In this document: positions 9,936 to 18,918 of the stretch, one piece after another | Layout of the letters: each line of letters begins with the position of its first letter | How positions within the stretch are numbered: position 1 is the stretch's first letter | Assembly (NCBI GenBank): GCA_043803405.1 | Contig: JAZDKB010000044.1 | Coordinates: 14,742-78,741 of the forward strand | Reading direction: 5' to 3' | Source of the DNA: Spirochaetota bacterium | GTDB taxonomy: Bacteria; Spirochaetota; UBA4802; JAFGDQ01 | Length of the DNA stretch: 64,000 nt | The notes under the pieces: generated by a model | The model's input: only the letters and a program-made list of their open reading frames with translations | The model's database searches: none | What the model was told of the DNA's origin: nothing | Translations under genes and position numbers: made by a program

Positions 9936-10040
9936 ATGGCTTGTTTATAATTTATAATTTTTACAACAAGCTATGCAGACTAAAACAAACTGTTAAATAA
10001 AGTTATTTCTAAAAATAAATATCTTAACTGTGGAGATCTT

Positions 10041-11153
10041 ATGAAAATATTCCTTAAAGTGATTATATTTCTAATTGTTTTGTATTCCACAGGCTGCTGG
10101 AACATGTATAACGATACGATAGATGATCAAGAAGCAGAATATCAGTTTTATTTAGCAATAGTTAATTCAATGATGAATTACAAAATTTCGATTGTTTCCA
10201 TAGAGTCAACCACACTCAGTAAATCATCACAAACATCAACAGGTAGTACCCAAGTAGACTATGTCGCTGCACACCCGACAGGAAATTATCTATATGTTAC
10301 TAATCCGGGTAGTCAAAGGATTTTAATGTATAAAGTAGTTACCAATGGTACACTTGAAGTGTTAGGTACAGGTTTTATTAATACAACAGATGGAGGGGGA
10401 CCAGGTGGGACACCTGGCGTAATAAAAGTGCATCCATCTGGAAATTATGCTTTTGTCGCTAATGCAGGTACTAGTTTTAATATTTCAAGGTATCTAATTG
10501 ATAGTGCAGGTACTCTTACTTTTCAAGATTACATAAGTCCAGGAGCGTCAGCAACATCATCTAGGATGGTTATTGATAAGTCAGCAACATATCTATATTG
10601 GGTTAGTAACAATGCTGGTGGTAATGTTTTACAACAAGTTGAAATTAGTGGTTCGCTAATTATAGATAAAACAGTAAGTTATGCAAGTAATACTCCAAGA
10701 GATGTTGCCGTGCATCCAAATGGACAATATATATATGTGACTGTAGACGGAACTATATATTTATACTATAGTAATGACATACCTACCTCACATGGATCTA
10801 TTGCTGGCGATGGTATGTTAACTATTCATCCTAATGGTAAATTCCTCTATACTGACGATGATTCCAATGTTAAAGTATATCAAATCAATGCAGATGGAAC
10901 ATTAACCGATCTTAATAACTCAACTCCGGTACAAGCCGATGTTAAAGATTTTATTATTGACACTAATGGTAATTACTTAATTGCATCTGGTCGAGGTAGT
11001 GATTCTATTGAATATTTAAAAATAAATGCAGATGGAACAACTAGCCCTATACAATATTATGATGGTGGTTTTGGTCATTATCCCAATGCTTTAGATGGAT
11101 ATAGATCAAGTCCATGTGGTCTAGCTTTAATCAACAGACAAAAAATCAAATAA
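10041..11153 (+). CDS. Lactonase-like beta-propeller lipoprotein, paralog of 7499-8614
   Basis: Lipobox STGC; HP(T/S/N)GNYLYV and INADGTL repeats. Confidence 0.85.
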   Translation: MKIFLKVIIFLIVLYSTGCWNMYNDTIDDQEAEYQFYLAIVNSMMNYKISIVSIESTTLSKSSQTSTGSTQVDYVAAHPTGNYLYVTNPGSQRILMYKVVTNGTLEVLGTGFINTTDGGGPGGTPGVIKVHPSGNYAFVANAGTSFNISRYLIDSAGTLTFQDYISPGASATSSRMVIDKSATYLYWVSNNAGGNVLQQVEISGSLIIDKTVSYASNTPRDVAVHPNGQYIYVTVDGTIYLYYSNDIPTSHGSIAGDGMLTIHPNGKFLYTDDDSNVKVYQINADGTLTDLNNSTPVQADVKDFIIDTNGNYLIASGRGSDSIEYLKINADGTTSPIQYYDGGFGHYPNALDGYRSSPCGLALINRQKIK

Positions 11154-11232
11154 AATGTTATCTTCTTCTTAAAGAAAAAACAATGTAGCTTGTGAGTATA
11201 ACCGCGGGCTTTCTATTCGCAGCAGCACAACC

Positions 11233-11898
11233 TCACCGGTATAATAACGTAAGCGTAAAATTCCTCCCATCTTGCGTTAAATAATAAACCATCGTACTTC
11301 CGATTAATTTCATGGCCTTTTTTCTGCAAGGCCTTTGTAATCTTTCGATATTCGAAAAATGGGCACTCTTTGTATTCCTCAAAAATAAGCCGCTTATATT
11401 GTTCATCTTCCTCGTTCTCAATCGGTTTATAGTAGTATATGGATCATGAAATACCTAAAAGCTCGCATTGCCTCCTGATCGATAATATTTGATGTTCTGG
11501 CTCTATCATGTCTTTACTTACCGGAAGAACGGATCCAACTTTTTTTTTAGCCATTCATTCTCAATCTTCATTATCCCTATCTGCCGTTACAGCTCGTCTC
11601 GTTCTTTATCCGTTTCTTTTGTTTTTTTCTCCTCTCCTTTTTCAAATATTTCCGGTAGATTCTCAAGCACCTTCTTCTTCCATTGTCCTACCAGATTCGG
11701 ATGTACGCTGTATTCCGATGCTATTTCAACTATTGTTTTTTCCCCCTTAATCGCTTCAAGGGCTACTCTTGCTTTAAATTTACTGTCATGTTGTTTTTTC
11801 TTCATGCTCTTATTTTCGTCTCCTTATTATTCTTTTCTAAGGAGTTTTCCCACTTATCCTATTCCTGTTTTACTGTCCAGTTTTCGGGGAGCATTATA
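11233..11898 (-). mobile_element. IS3-family insertion sequence remnant (orfA with a premature stop, truncated orfB)
   Basis: orfA MKKKQHDSKFKARVALEAIKGEKTI..RDEL*RQIG..ENEWLKKK; A8G slippery site near 11540; orfB start SIRRQCELLGIS*SIYYYKP; terminal repeat tataatgctccccgaaaactggacag at 11873-11898; no DDE domain. Confidence 0.8.
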
Positions 11899-11999
11899 AC
11901 CCGCCAAAATTCCGGCACTTTCATTTGTATCGTATATAAATTAATGCCTTTAACGGTCTTTAAGTGTCTCCTTACGGGTCTTTTTCTATGTCCTTACGA

Positions 12000-12133
12000 C
12001 GTAGGGACGGGTGACGACCCCGTAGGGACGTGCTTCTCCACCCGCAGGGACAGGCGACAACCCCGTAAGAACGGGTGACTGGCCCGTAAGTACAGGCGAC
12101 ATAGCCGCAGGGGCGTGAGACCTGCCCGCAGGG
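12000..12133 (+). repeat. Degenerate ~21-bp tandem repeat array (about 6.5 units), resuming at 14080-14112
   Basis: Units cgtagggacgggtgacgaccc / cgcagggacaggcgacaaccc / cgtaagaacgggtgactggcc / cgtaagtacaggcgacatagc. Confidence 0.75.
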
Positions 12134-12300
12134 CAGGGCTGTCTCATGCTAAATATAACTTATGAAATTGCTGCTCCGGATTAAATCCTCCGGCTCGCTA
12201 CGGCCGGTCGCAGACGGGCGTCCTGCCCGCGCCCGGCACTTCGGCATCCGTGCCTGTCGCTCGCCACCTCCTTTATTAAAGGAGGTTTGGAAGCTTTTTA

Positions 12301-14014
12301 GGGGATGTCTCAAAATCAGACCCTTATTTTTCAATATGTAAAATATTCCATTATTTCAATAATTAACAAAAACTTCTGTTTTAGACCGGGATTTTCATCA
12401 AATTGTGAGCAATCGAGATCAATCCCCACTCTATATTTACTTTTTCAATCCCTCTAAGCAAAAATCTTTTGAACAATTTGTTATGCTTAATCTGGCCAAA
12501 AACAGATTCTACTTCAACTCCTCTCTTTTTGCGCAAGACTGTTCCTTTTTCACTATTTAAATTTTCTCTGGCCTTGCCTTTTAAATAATTCAGCCGATGA
12601 CTTACTTGTATTCTTCTGTTGTTTGCAGATTTATGACATTGCTCCCGAAACGTGCATTCATTACAATCTTCACATTCATAAAGATCCCTATGCGTCTTAT
12701 AGCCATTTGCTGTTATTATTTCTCTGGTTTCGGAATATTTTAATTTCTTTTCTCCAGGACAACTGTACTCGTTTTTCTCCGAGTCATACGGTAAGTTTTC
12801 AACTCTGAACTTGTTCTCTTTAAATTTCTTTGTCTTCTCAATGTGATAATAATTGTACTTTACATAATTTCCTAATTCATTACTTTCTATATACTCGTAA
12901 TTTTCTTCACTGCCGTATCCTGCATCAGTTATTATATTTTCCGGCAGTCTGTTTTTGAATTCTGTTTTTACTCTCTCTAAATGCGGGATAAAACATGATG
13001 TATCTCCTGCTTGCTGATGGATGCTGTATCCAACTATAAATTGATTCTCTGTCCCTATCTGTACATTGTATCCGGGTTTCGCCTGTCCATTTTTCTGATC
13101 TTCTTTCATCCTCATGAAAGTGGCATCTGTGTCTGTCTTTGAATAACTGTTCCTGTCCCCTAATTTTTCAGCCTGATCTTCATACTTTTCCAGCTTTGGC
13201 AGATAATCTTTTTCCAGAATTTTCACTGCCTTTTTCAAATCCTTATCCTCAGGTTTCTCCCGCAGTCTTTCATTCATCTCTTCAATTCGTTTTTTAAGTG
13301 CTTCTGAATCTATATTCGCGTCTTCTCCCGTTTCTTCAAGGTCTTTGTCTTTGTACTCGGATTCCTCTGCTTCATTCTCCCTGTCTATCTCTACCAGCAA
13401 TGCTTTTACTTTCTTTTCCAGATTCTCCCTGTATCTCTTGTTTGATTTTTTCCATACCCATGTATATTTATTTGCATTTGCCTCTATCTTTGTACCATCA
13501 AGAAAATAGTTCTCTAACTTTATCACCTGCATTTCTTCAAGTATTTCTATCAGCGAATAGAACAATTCATCTATTGTTGCTTTCAGCCGGGATGTCCTGA
13601 ATCTGTTTATTGTCCGGAAGTCAGGCCGGTTCATCCCGCATATCCACATGAAATGGATATTCTCTCGTAATGCTTTTGCTATTCTCCTTGATGAATATAT
13701 TCTCTGCGTATATGCATATAGTATTGCTTTCAACATCATCTTCGGATGATAGCTGCTTGTCCCCACCATTTTATATTGCTTTACAAGGTTCGATATATCC
13801 ATCGATTCTATTATCGAATTTACTAATCTTACTAAATTCCCTTGTGGAATCATATCATCAAGGCTTGGTGGAAATAGCATTCCTTGATGCTGATTATATT
13901 CTTTAAATGTCGGTTCTATCCTTAATTTTTTCTTTTTCATGATGTCACATATATTATATGTGCATCATTTTTCAATTAATTATATTGCAAATGATCGCTT
14001 TTTGGGACAGCCCC
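12301..14014 (-). mobile_element. IS1182-family insertion sequence, apparently intact
   Basis: Terminal inverted repeats ggggatgtctcaaaa / ttttgggacagcccc (13/15), both flanked by tta; single transposase ORF. Confidence 0.85.
12381..13940 (-). CDS. IS1182-family DDE transposase
   Basis: YHPKMMLK..YAY..SSRRI, PDFRTINRFR, FLDGTKIEANANKY, SKTDTDATFMRMKED, DAGYGSEENY, VESVFGQIK. Confidence 0.95.
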   Translation of the reverse strand: MKKKKLRIEPTFKEYNQHQGMLFPPSLDDMIPQGNLVRLVNSIIESMDISNLVKQYKMVGTSSYHPKMMLKAILYAYTQRIYSSRRIAKALRENIHFMWICGMNRPDFRTINRFRTSRLKATIDELFYSLIEILEEMQVIKLENYFLDGTKIEANANKYTWVWKKSNKRYRENLEKKVKALLVEIDRENEAEESEYKDKDLEETGEDANIDSEALKKRIEEMNERLREKPEDKDLKKAVKILEKDYLPKLEKYEDQAEKLGDRNSYSKTDTDATFMRMKEDQKNGQAKPGYNVQIGTENQFIVGYSIHQQAGDTSCFIPHLERVKTEFKNRLPENIITDAGYGSEENYEYIESNELGNYVKYNYYHIEKTKKFKENKFRVENLPYDSEKNEYSCPGEKKLKYSETREIITANGYKTHRDLYECEDCNECTFREQCHKSANNRRIQVSHRLNYLKGKARENLNSEKGTVLRKKRGVEVESVFGQIKHNKLFKRFLLRGIEKVNIEWGLISIAHNLMKIPV

Positions 14015-14258
14015 TTAGGGGGATTTTCATACCAAATCCCTAACTTCAATCGGCTTCACCTTAGCATGAGGCAGCACTGTGTAGGGACAGACGACATAGC
14101 CGCAGGGGCGTGGCGGGAGCAGTTAAAATCGTTTTTAAACTTGACGAATAATTTTTAATAACTTAACCTGATAGGAAAATATATAAAGTAATTGATTTGT
14201 TTAAAATTTAATTATATTTTTTTAAAAGCATAGTAGAAAGCTTGATTGTGAGGTTCAA

Positions 14259-14441
14259 ATGATCTCAGTAAAAGAAAATTACATTGTCGATAGAAATGGC
14301 ATTACCACAAATGTAATTCTTAGTAAAAAAGATTATAATAAAATGCTGGAGTACATCGAAGAATTGGAAGATATTGCAGCTTATGATAGGGCAAAAAAAG
14401 AGAGCGGAAAACCCATACCCTGGAAAAAGGTAAAACGCTAA
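14259..14441 (+). CDS. Putative antitoxin of a RelE-type TA pair
   Basis: 60 aa with an acidic IEELEDIAAYDRAK..IPW tail, 3 bp upstream of a RelE-like gene. Confidence 0.75.
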   Translation: MISVKENYIVDRNGITTNVILSKKDYNKMLEYIEELEDIAAYDRAKKESGKPIPWKKVKR

Positions 14442-14444
14442 ATT

Positions 14445-14702
14445 ATGTATTCCATTATTATTTCATCTGCAGCTAATCGTGACTATAAAAGATTGCCACA
14501 AAGTGAAATTCTAAAAATCAATAAGGTAATTGACCATCTTGCTTCAAATCCAAGACCTAGCGGCTACAAAAAATTAAAGGACAGAAATGCATATCGTATC
14601 CGCATTGGAAACTACAGAATCATTTATGAAATTAACGATAAAGATGTTATTTTATTTGTCATAAGAATTCGGCATAGAAAAGAAGTTTATAAGAATTTAT
14701 GA
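14445..14702 (+). CDS. relE: RelE/ParE-family toxin
   Basis: L..NPRP.G.KKL....YRIRIGNYRIIYEI.D....V.RIRHRKEVY. Confidence 0.9.
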   Translation: MYSIIISSAANRDYKRLPQSEILKINKVIDHLASNPRPSGYKKLKDRNAYRIRIGNYRIIYEINDKDVILFVIRIRHRKEVYKNL

Positions 14703-14740
14703 CAATAAACCAATAAGCCACTTATTTTCAACAACCGTTA

Positions 14741-14879
14741 TCTGCACACCAAATCAGCCTAGACAATAACGCATTAATTCACACATGATAAGTTTGATGC
14801 ACTGGGACAGCACAGGCTGCTAAACAGCACGCGCGGATCGGGCGGCCGGGTACTCAAGAGACGCACTGAAGAGCAGGGG
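14741..14879 (+). repeat. Inter-module repeat R1 (~140-bp family)
   Basis: tctgcac...acagcacaggctgctaaacagcacgcgcg..tcaagagacgcac..gcagggg; homologous to R2-R4. Confidence 0.8.
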
Positions 14880-14884
14880 CATAA

Positions 14885-15082
14885 ATCAAAAATTTTTGTT
14901 CAATCGATAGCGACAAGCCGGTAGTTGTTATACCTATAGACGAATATGAGGCAATGAAAGAAACTATTGCTATACTTTCTTCTCAAACCGACATTGTTAG
15001 GGAATTAAAAAAAGAACGAAAAAAAATGGAACAAGGCGATTTTATTGATTATGAAGATTTTAAAAAATATCACGGATTATAA
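14885..15082 (+). pseudogene. 5'-truncated Phd/YefM-like antitoxin
   Basis: Open frame IDSDKPVVVIPIDEYEAMKETIAILS..FIDYEDFKKYHGL* with no start codon for the N-terminal part; in-frame TAA at 14882 beside repeat R1. Confidence 0.7.
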
Positions 15083-15085
15083 ATC

Positions 15086-15345
15086 ATGTATAATCTGATT
15101 CTATCAAAAAAAGCTGTCGGGTTTCTGGAAAAGACGGCAAAAAGTGACAAGAAGCTTTTTAATCAATTTATCAACGCTCTTGAAGAAATTTAAAAAGATC
15201 CTTATATCGGTAAAAGTCATGCCGGTAATCTTAAAGGATACTGGTCTTATAGAATAAGAGATTACCGCATTCTATATGAGATTGAAAAGAAACGCCTGCT
15301 TGTATTTATTGAAAAATATCACACCGAAAAGAATCCTACTGGTAG
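15086..15345 (+). pseudogene. RelE-family toxin pseudogene
   Basis: MYNLILSKKA..EEI*KDPYIGK..GNLKGYWSYRIRDYRILYEI; premature TAA at 15191-15193 and a 1-nt frameshift before SHRKESYW. Confidence 0.8.
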
Positions 15346-15388
15346 TTAATTTGAATAATTCAAATTGTTTAGCAGTAGGGGCTATCAT

Positions 15389-15487
15389 TCTGCACGAAAA
15401 AGCAAAGATATTCATAGTCGCACAGACGCGCGTGTACAGCACAGGCTGCAGCGCGCTCGCAAGCAGCACGGGCATGCTGAACAGCAC
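15389..15487 (+). repeat. Inter-module repeat R2 (3'-truncated)
   Basis: First 69 nt identical to 16510-16578; ends where the IS66 fragment begins. Confidence 0.85.
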
Positions 15488-15709
15488 AAACGATTACAAA
15501 CGGCCTTATGGCATTGCCTGCCATATTGTTGTCCTGAGTCATTAAAGGCGCTCTAAATATTTTGTAAGCTTATCCCATTCCGATATTGCGTACCTGGTGG
15601 CTTTTCCTGTCTTGCTTTAAGGCAGTATGGAATCGCTTTGAGCCAGGAACCGGTTGTGAAATTCATCGGTTACCGGTGTCACGATTTCTTTACGTTTCCC
15701 GTATAACAT
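15488..15709 (-). pseudogene. IS66-family transposase (TnpC) fragment
   Basis: Minus-strand translation KRKEIVTPVTDEFH..SILP*SKTGKATRYAISEWDKLTKYLE, then after a frameshift DNNMAGNAIRPFVI, matching the IS66 DNN.AE.A.RP motif. Confidence 0.7.
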
Positions 15710-15710
15710 C

Positions 15711-15739
15711 TTGACAGAATATATATCAAGATATATATT
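15711..15739 (+). promoter_or_regulatory. vapBC promoter/operator
   Basis: TTGACA (15711-15716) followed by the palindrome aatatatatc-aa-gatatatatt, typical of VapB autoregulation. Confidence 0.65.
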
Positions 15740-15760
15740 ACTTTACAGAGGTAGAAAATA

Positions 15761-15991
15761 ATGCAGATAGCAAAACTTTTTCAAAATGGCCGGAGTCAGG
15801 CCGTCAGGCTTCCAAAAGAATTTAAATTCAATGGTGATGAAGTCTATATTCAAAAACACGGAGAAGCTGTAATCCTCATTCCGCACAAAAAAGCCTGGAA
15901 AGTTTTTCTTGAAGGTCTTAACGGATTCTCCGACGATTTTATGGAGAAAGGGAGAGATCAGGGTAAAGATCAAGAGCGGGAAAAATTTTAA
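15761..15991 (+). CDS. vapB: VapB (AbrB-fold) antitoxin
   Basis: AKLFQNGRSQAVRLPKEF; FS.DFM...RDQ...QERE. Confidence 0.92.
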   Translation: MQIAKLFQNGRSQAVRLPKEFKFNGDEVYIQKHGEAVILIPHKKAWKVFLEGLNGFSDDFMEKGRDQGKDQEREKF

Positions 15992-16395
15992 TGTACTTGT
16001 TAGATACAAATATCTGTATTTATGCGATTAATAAGAAACCAGAGCTGATACTGAATAGAATAAAAAAGGAAATTCATAAGGGTATTTTTATTTCAGCGTT
16101 GACGATAGCTGAACTTGAGTATGGCGTTGAAAACAGCTCTAGAATCGAAGAAAATCGGGTTGCATTATTAAAGTTTCTTTCCATTTTTAATATTCTGGCT
16201 TTTGATGATTTAGACCCCATTGCTTATGGCAAATTGAAATCAAAGTTAAAAAGAACAGGCAATATAATTGGCCCCATTGATATGCTACTTGCGGCGCAGG
16301 CTATTAGCAGAGGTTTAATTCTGGTAACAAATAATACCAAAGAATTTAGTCGAATAGAAGGTCTAAAAATAGAAGATTGGACACTGCCATTATAG
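15991..16395 (+). CDS. vapC: VapC PIN-domain toxin
   Basis: YLLDTNICI, ELEYG, IGPIDMLLAAQA, LVTNNTKEF.RI.GL..EDW; overlaps the vapB stop. Confidence 0.95.
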   Translation: MYLLDTNICIYAINKKPELILNRIKKEIHKGIFISALTIAELEYGVENSSRIEENRVALLKFLSIFNILAFDDLDPIAYGKLKSKLKRTGNIIGPIDMLLAAQAISRGLILVTNNTKEFSRIEGLKIEDWTLPL

Positions 16396-16509
16396 CAAAG
16401 AAAAAATATTGGATAATGATGTTAAAAATCAAGTATTAAATAAAATTTACTAATTTATAACTCACAGATCTATGGCAGAAGCTTTCTGCTAAAAATGCAC
16501 ACGCAGCCA

Positions 16510-16654
16510 TCTGCACGAAAAAGCAAAGATATTCATAGTCGCACAGACGCGCGTGTACAGCACAGGCTGCAGCGCGCTAGCAGCAGCACGCGCATACTGA
16601 ACAGCACGCGCGTTCGGGCGCGGGGTGCTCAAGAGACGCACGAGAGGGCAGGGG
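16510..16654 (+). repeat. Inter-module repeat R3 (full length)
   Basis: tctgcacgaaaaagc...acagcac...ctcaagagacgcacgagagggcagggg. Confidence 0.85.
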
Positions 16655-16728
16655 TTTAATCAAATAATTCTTATTTATGATAAAATCAATAAAGAACGTA
16701 AAAGCTTATATTACTTTTAAAATTCAAT

Positions 16729-16884
16729 CTATGAACAAGATGATTTTTTATTTTCACATCGTTTCGTATCAATAATGCATTTTCTGTATTCCGGTGCGTT
16801 TTTCTTTGCACCTGTAATCAGTTTTGCTCCATGCTTTTTTAAAAAGCGCTCAATAGTTTTAACATCTGCTTTTCTATTTGCCAT
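16729..16884 (-). CDS. Small basic protein (51 aa), possible partner of 16874-17185
   Basis: MANRKADVKTIERFLKKHGAKLITG...; start overlaps the upstream stop; below the ORF-track cutoff. Confidence 0.4.
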   Translation of the reverse strand: MANRKADVKTIERFLKKHGAKLITGAKKNAPEYRKCIIDTKRCENKKSSCS

Positions 16885-17185
16885 AAAGAAATCTCCAAAT
16901 AATTGCTTTATAATTTGTCTTAAAATCTTCGATAGCCATGTTTAAGCCCGAAGATAAGTCTACCAGAGGGTAGAGAATCTGTCTTTTTTTATTTCCTTTT
17001 GTATTATAAATATCCTTATGAACCGAATTATGAAAACAATCATATCTTTCAATCTCATACCATGAATTTTTATAAAAATATAATAACTTGATAACAAAAT
17101 TAATCACTTCGCCGTTTTCGGTTTCGAAAAATATAATAATTTTAGTAATGTCATCAATAAATATTTCATATATTTTTTCCGGCAT
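16874..17185 (-). CDS. DUF7718/DUF6516-like putative TA toxin
   Basis: 103 aa with W.EIERYDCFH.SVHKD (RYD..H..H motif); TA-island context. Confidence 0.55.
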   Translation of the reverse strand: MPEKIYEIFIDDITKIIIFFETENGEVINFVIKLLYFYKNSWYEIERYDCFHNSVHKDIYNTKGNKKRQILYPLVDLSSGLNMAIEDFKTNYKAIIWRFLYGK

Positions 17186-17298
17186 ATTTCAAATGTAACA
17201 ATTTTTATCTTTGTGTCAATTTATAATTAAAAAATTGTAGAATAAATAAGCAAAGATCATTTAATAGCCTAAGGTTTAAATCGTAAACTATTTATTCG

Positions 17299-17434
17299 CT
17301 GCAGCAAATACAATCTTGCTCATGATAATGCACAGACATATATGTCTGTAAAATACACTGGAACAGCACAGACTGCTTAACAGCACGTATGCCCAGGGGT
17401 GCTGATAGCTGAGAGACGTTCGGAACAGCAGGGG
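17299..17434 (+). repeat. Inter-module repeat R4 (diverged)
   Basis: ctgca..gcacagac..acagcacagactgcttaacagcac..gagagacg..gcagggg. Confidence 0.7.
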
Positions 17435-17453
17435 CGAGGGGAGGGCTGCGATG

Positions 17454-18026
17454 TTATTGTTTATTCAGCTCCATTATCCTGCAGTGCACTCTTATAATAT
17501 TTTCTTTTAAATTATAACTGAAGCAACTTCCCTGACCATAACTATATTTGATTATCTGAATTTTTCCTGTAAATTTTGAGCCTGCCGGACTTTGCAAATA
17601 AATCTTTTCAAATTTCTCATCAGTCAGATCATCATCGGATATTCCGACAAGTTTCTTACTTTTAGTATGGAATTGATAAATTACCACAGGTGCTAATTCC
17701 TCTGCTTTCTCATTAGTTGTTTTACTCGTAATATTACTGGACTGTTTGCATGATGATAAAAATTCATTATTTTTATATATATTATCTTTAACAAGTTTGC
17801 ATAAATTGCTGGTGCTTAACACCTTGCCTGGTCTGATTTCTTTATTCAATATACCGAATGCTTCGTTTCTGAGCTTTTCAGCGCAAATTCCGCAACCTTC
17901 ACTAACGCTATCTGTAAGACGGCTGGTTGCTTCTTCAGGAAGTATAATCAAATCATAAGCGTCTTTACTTTCACCGGCTAACGAACCGCCGAGTATTAAA
18001 ACAATAAGAATAATTTTATATTTCAT
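17454..18026 (-). CDS. Hypothetical secreted protein
   Basis: Hydrophobic N-terminal signal, RBS aggag, CGIC motif. Confidence 0.7.
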   Translation of the reverse strand: MKYKIILIVLILGGSLAGESKDAYDLIILPEEATSRLTDSVSEGCGICAEKLRNEAFGILNKEIRPGKVLSTSNLCKLVKDNIYKNNEFLSSCKQSSNITSKTTNEKAEELAPVVIYQFHTKSKKLVGISDDDLTDEKFEKIYLQSPAGSKFTGKIQIIKYSYGQGSCFSYNLKENIIRVHCRIMELNKQ

Positions 18027-18045
18027 GATAGCTCCTTAATTCTTA

Positions 18046-18834
18046 TTAATTTGTATAATATCCGGAAATAAATTTTTTCAAATTATTTTCATATATATTT
18101 TTGGATTTATAATAACCCGCGTTATGAGAGCCGCTAATCTCACAGAATTCCTTTGGTTCATTTGCCAATTCAAAAAGCCTTACGCCCTGATGGAAAGGGA
18201 TCAGCTCATCATCCCTGCTGTGAATAATAAGCACAGGGCATTTTACTTTCTTTAAATACTCTGCTGTGTTGTATTTATATGTGAGAATGATCAGCGCAGG
18301 AGTACACGAGCAGTTGTGTTTTGCAGCATCCTTCATGCTGGTAAACGACGATTCAACGATCAGCATCCGCGGTTCACGCTTCATCGCGAGCCACGCTGCA
18401 ATTGATCCGCCTAATGATCTTCCATGTATAATGATATTCTTCGGCGGAATTTTCCTTGTATTTACAACATAATTCCATGCCGCTTCAGCATCGAGATATG
18501 TCCCCTGCTCGGATGGAGATCCTTTGTTCATTCCATAACCCCGATAATCGAATACAAGAATATTGTATCCAAGCTTGTTATACATTTTAATTATATCGAG
18601 AAGATGCGAAACGTTTCCTCCATTTCCATGGCAGTAAAGTATAACCGGCTTCCTGACAGATGGAATCCACCATCCGGAAAGAATTATATTATCTACTGTT
18701 TTAAATTCCACCTGCTCATAATGCAGTTCGACATTCTTTGGAGTATATCTCACTTCTTTTTCCGGGAAGAATATAAAAGTCGACTGGCATGAACTTAGCA
18801 GGGAAATGACTAATAATATAATTATTTTTTTCAT
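18046..18834 (-). CDS. Alpha/beta hydrolase (ABHD13/Bem46-like), lipoprotein signal
   Basis: HGNGGN, DYRGYG, G.SLGG nucleophile, HS.DDE.IP, GSHN; LSSC lipobox. Confidence 0.9.
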   Translation of the reverse strand: MKKIIILLVISLLSSCQSTFIFFPEKEVRYTPKNVELHYEQVEFKTVDNIILSGWWIPSVRKPVILYCHGNGGNVSHLLDIIKMYNKLGYNILVFDYRGYGMNKGSPSEQGTYLDAEAAWNYVVNTRKIPPKNIIIHGRSLGGSIAAWLAMKREPRMLIVESSFTSMKDAAKHNCSCTPALIILTYKYNTAEYLKKVKCPVLIIHSRDDELIPFHQGVRLFELANEPKEFCEISGSHNAGYYKSKNIYENNLKKFISGYYTN

Positions 18835-18918
18835 GGATTAATCATCTGTTTTTACTAAGTACAGTCCTACACAAGATAAGGGGCAAAATAAATATAATTA
18901 ATCAAATTCGCTTTTTTA

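Larger units (their letters stand above)
12134..14079. mobile_element. MITE-like element with CAGGG...C(A/C)CTG-type ends, interrupted by IS1182
   Basis: Ends cagggctgtctcatgctaa and ttagcatgaggcagcactg are 17/19 inverted repeats; same end family at 18937-19255. Confidence 0.65.

Noticed and set aside
12000..12133. CRISPR array
   Set aside because: Units are ~21-bp degenerate tandem repeats without unique spacers, and there are no cas genes
15272..15556. ORFs 15272-15487, 15276-15545 and 15365-15556 as genes
   Set aside because: Chance frames across a relE pseudogene end, repeat R2 and the IS66 fragment
14741..17434. Canonical integron (intI plus attC array)
   Set aside because: No tyrosine recombinase in the window and the repeats lack paired RYYYAAC...GTTRRRY dyad structure; kept only as a cassette-like hypothesis
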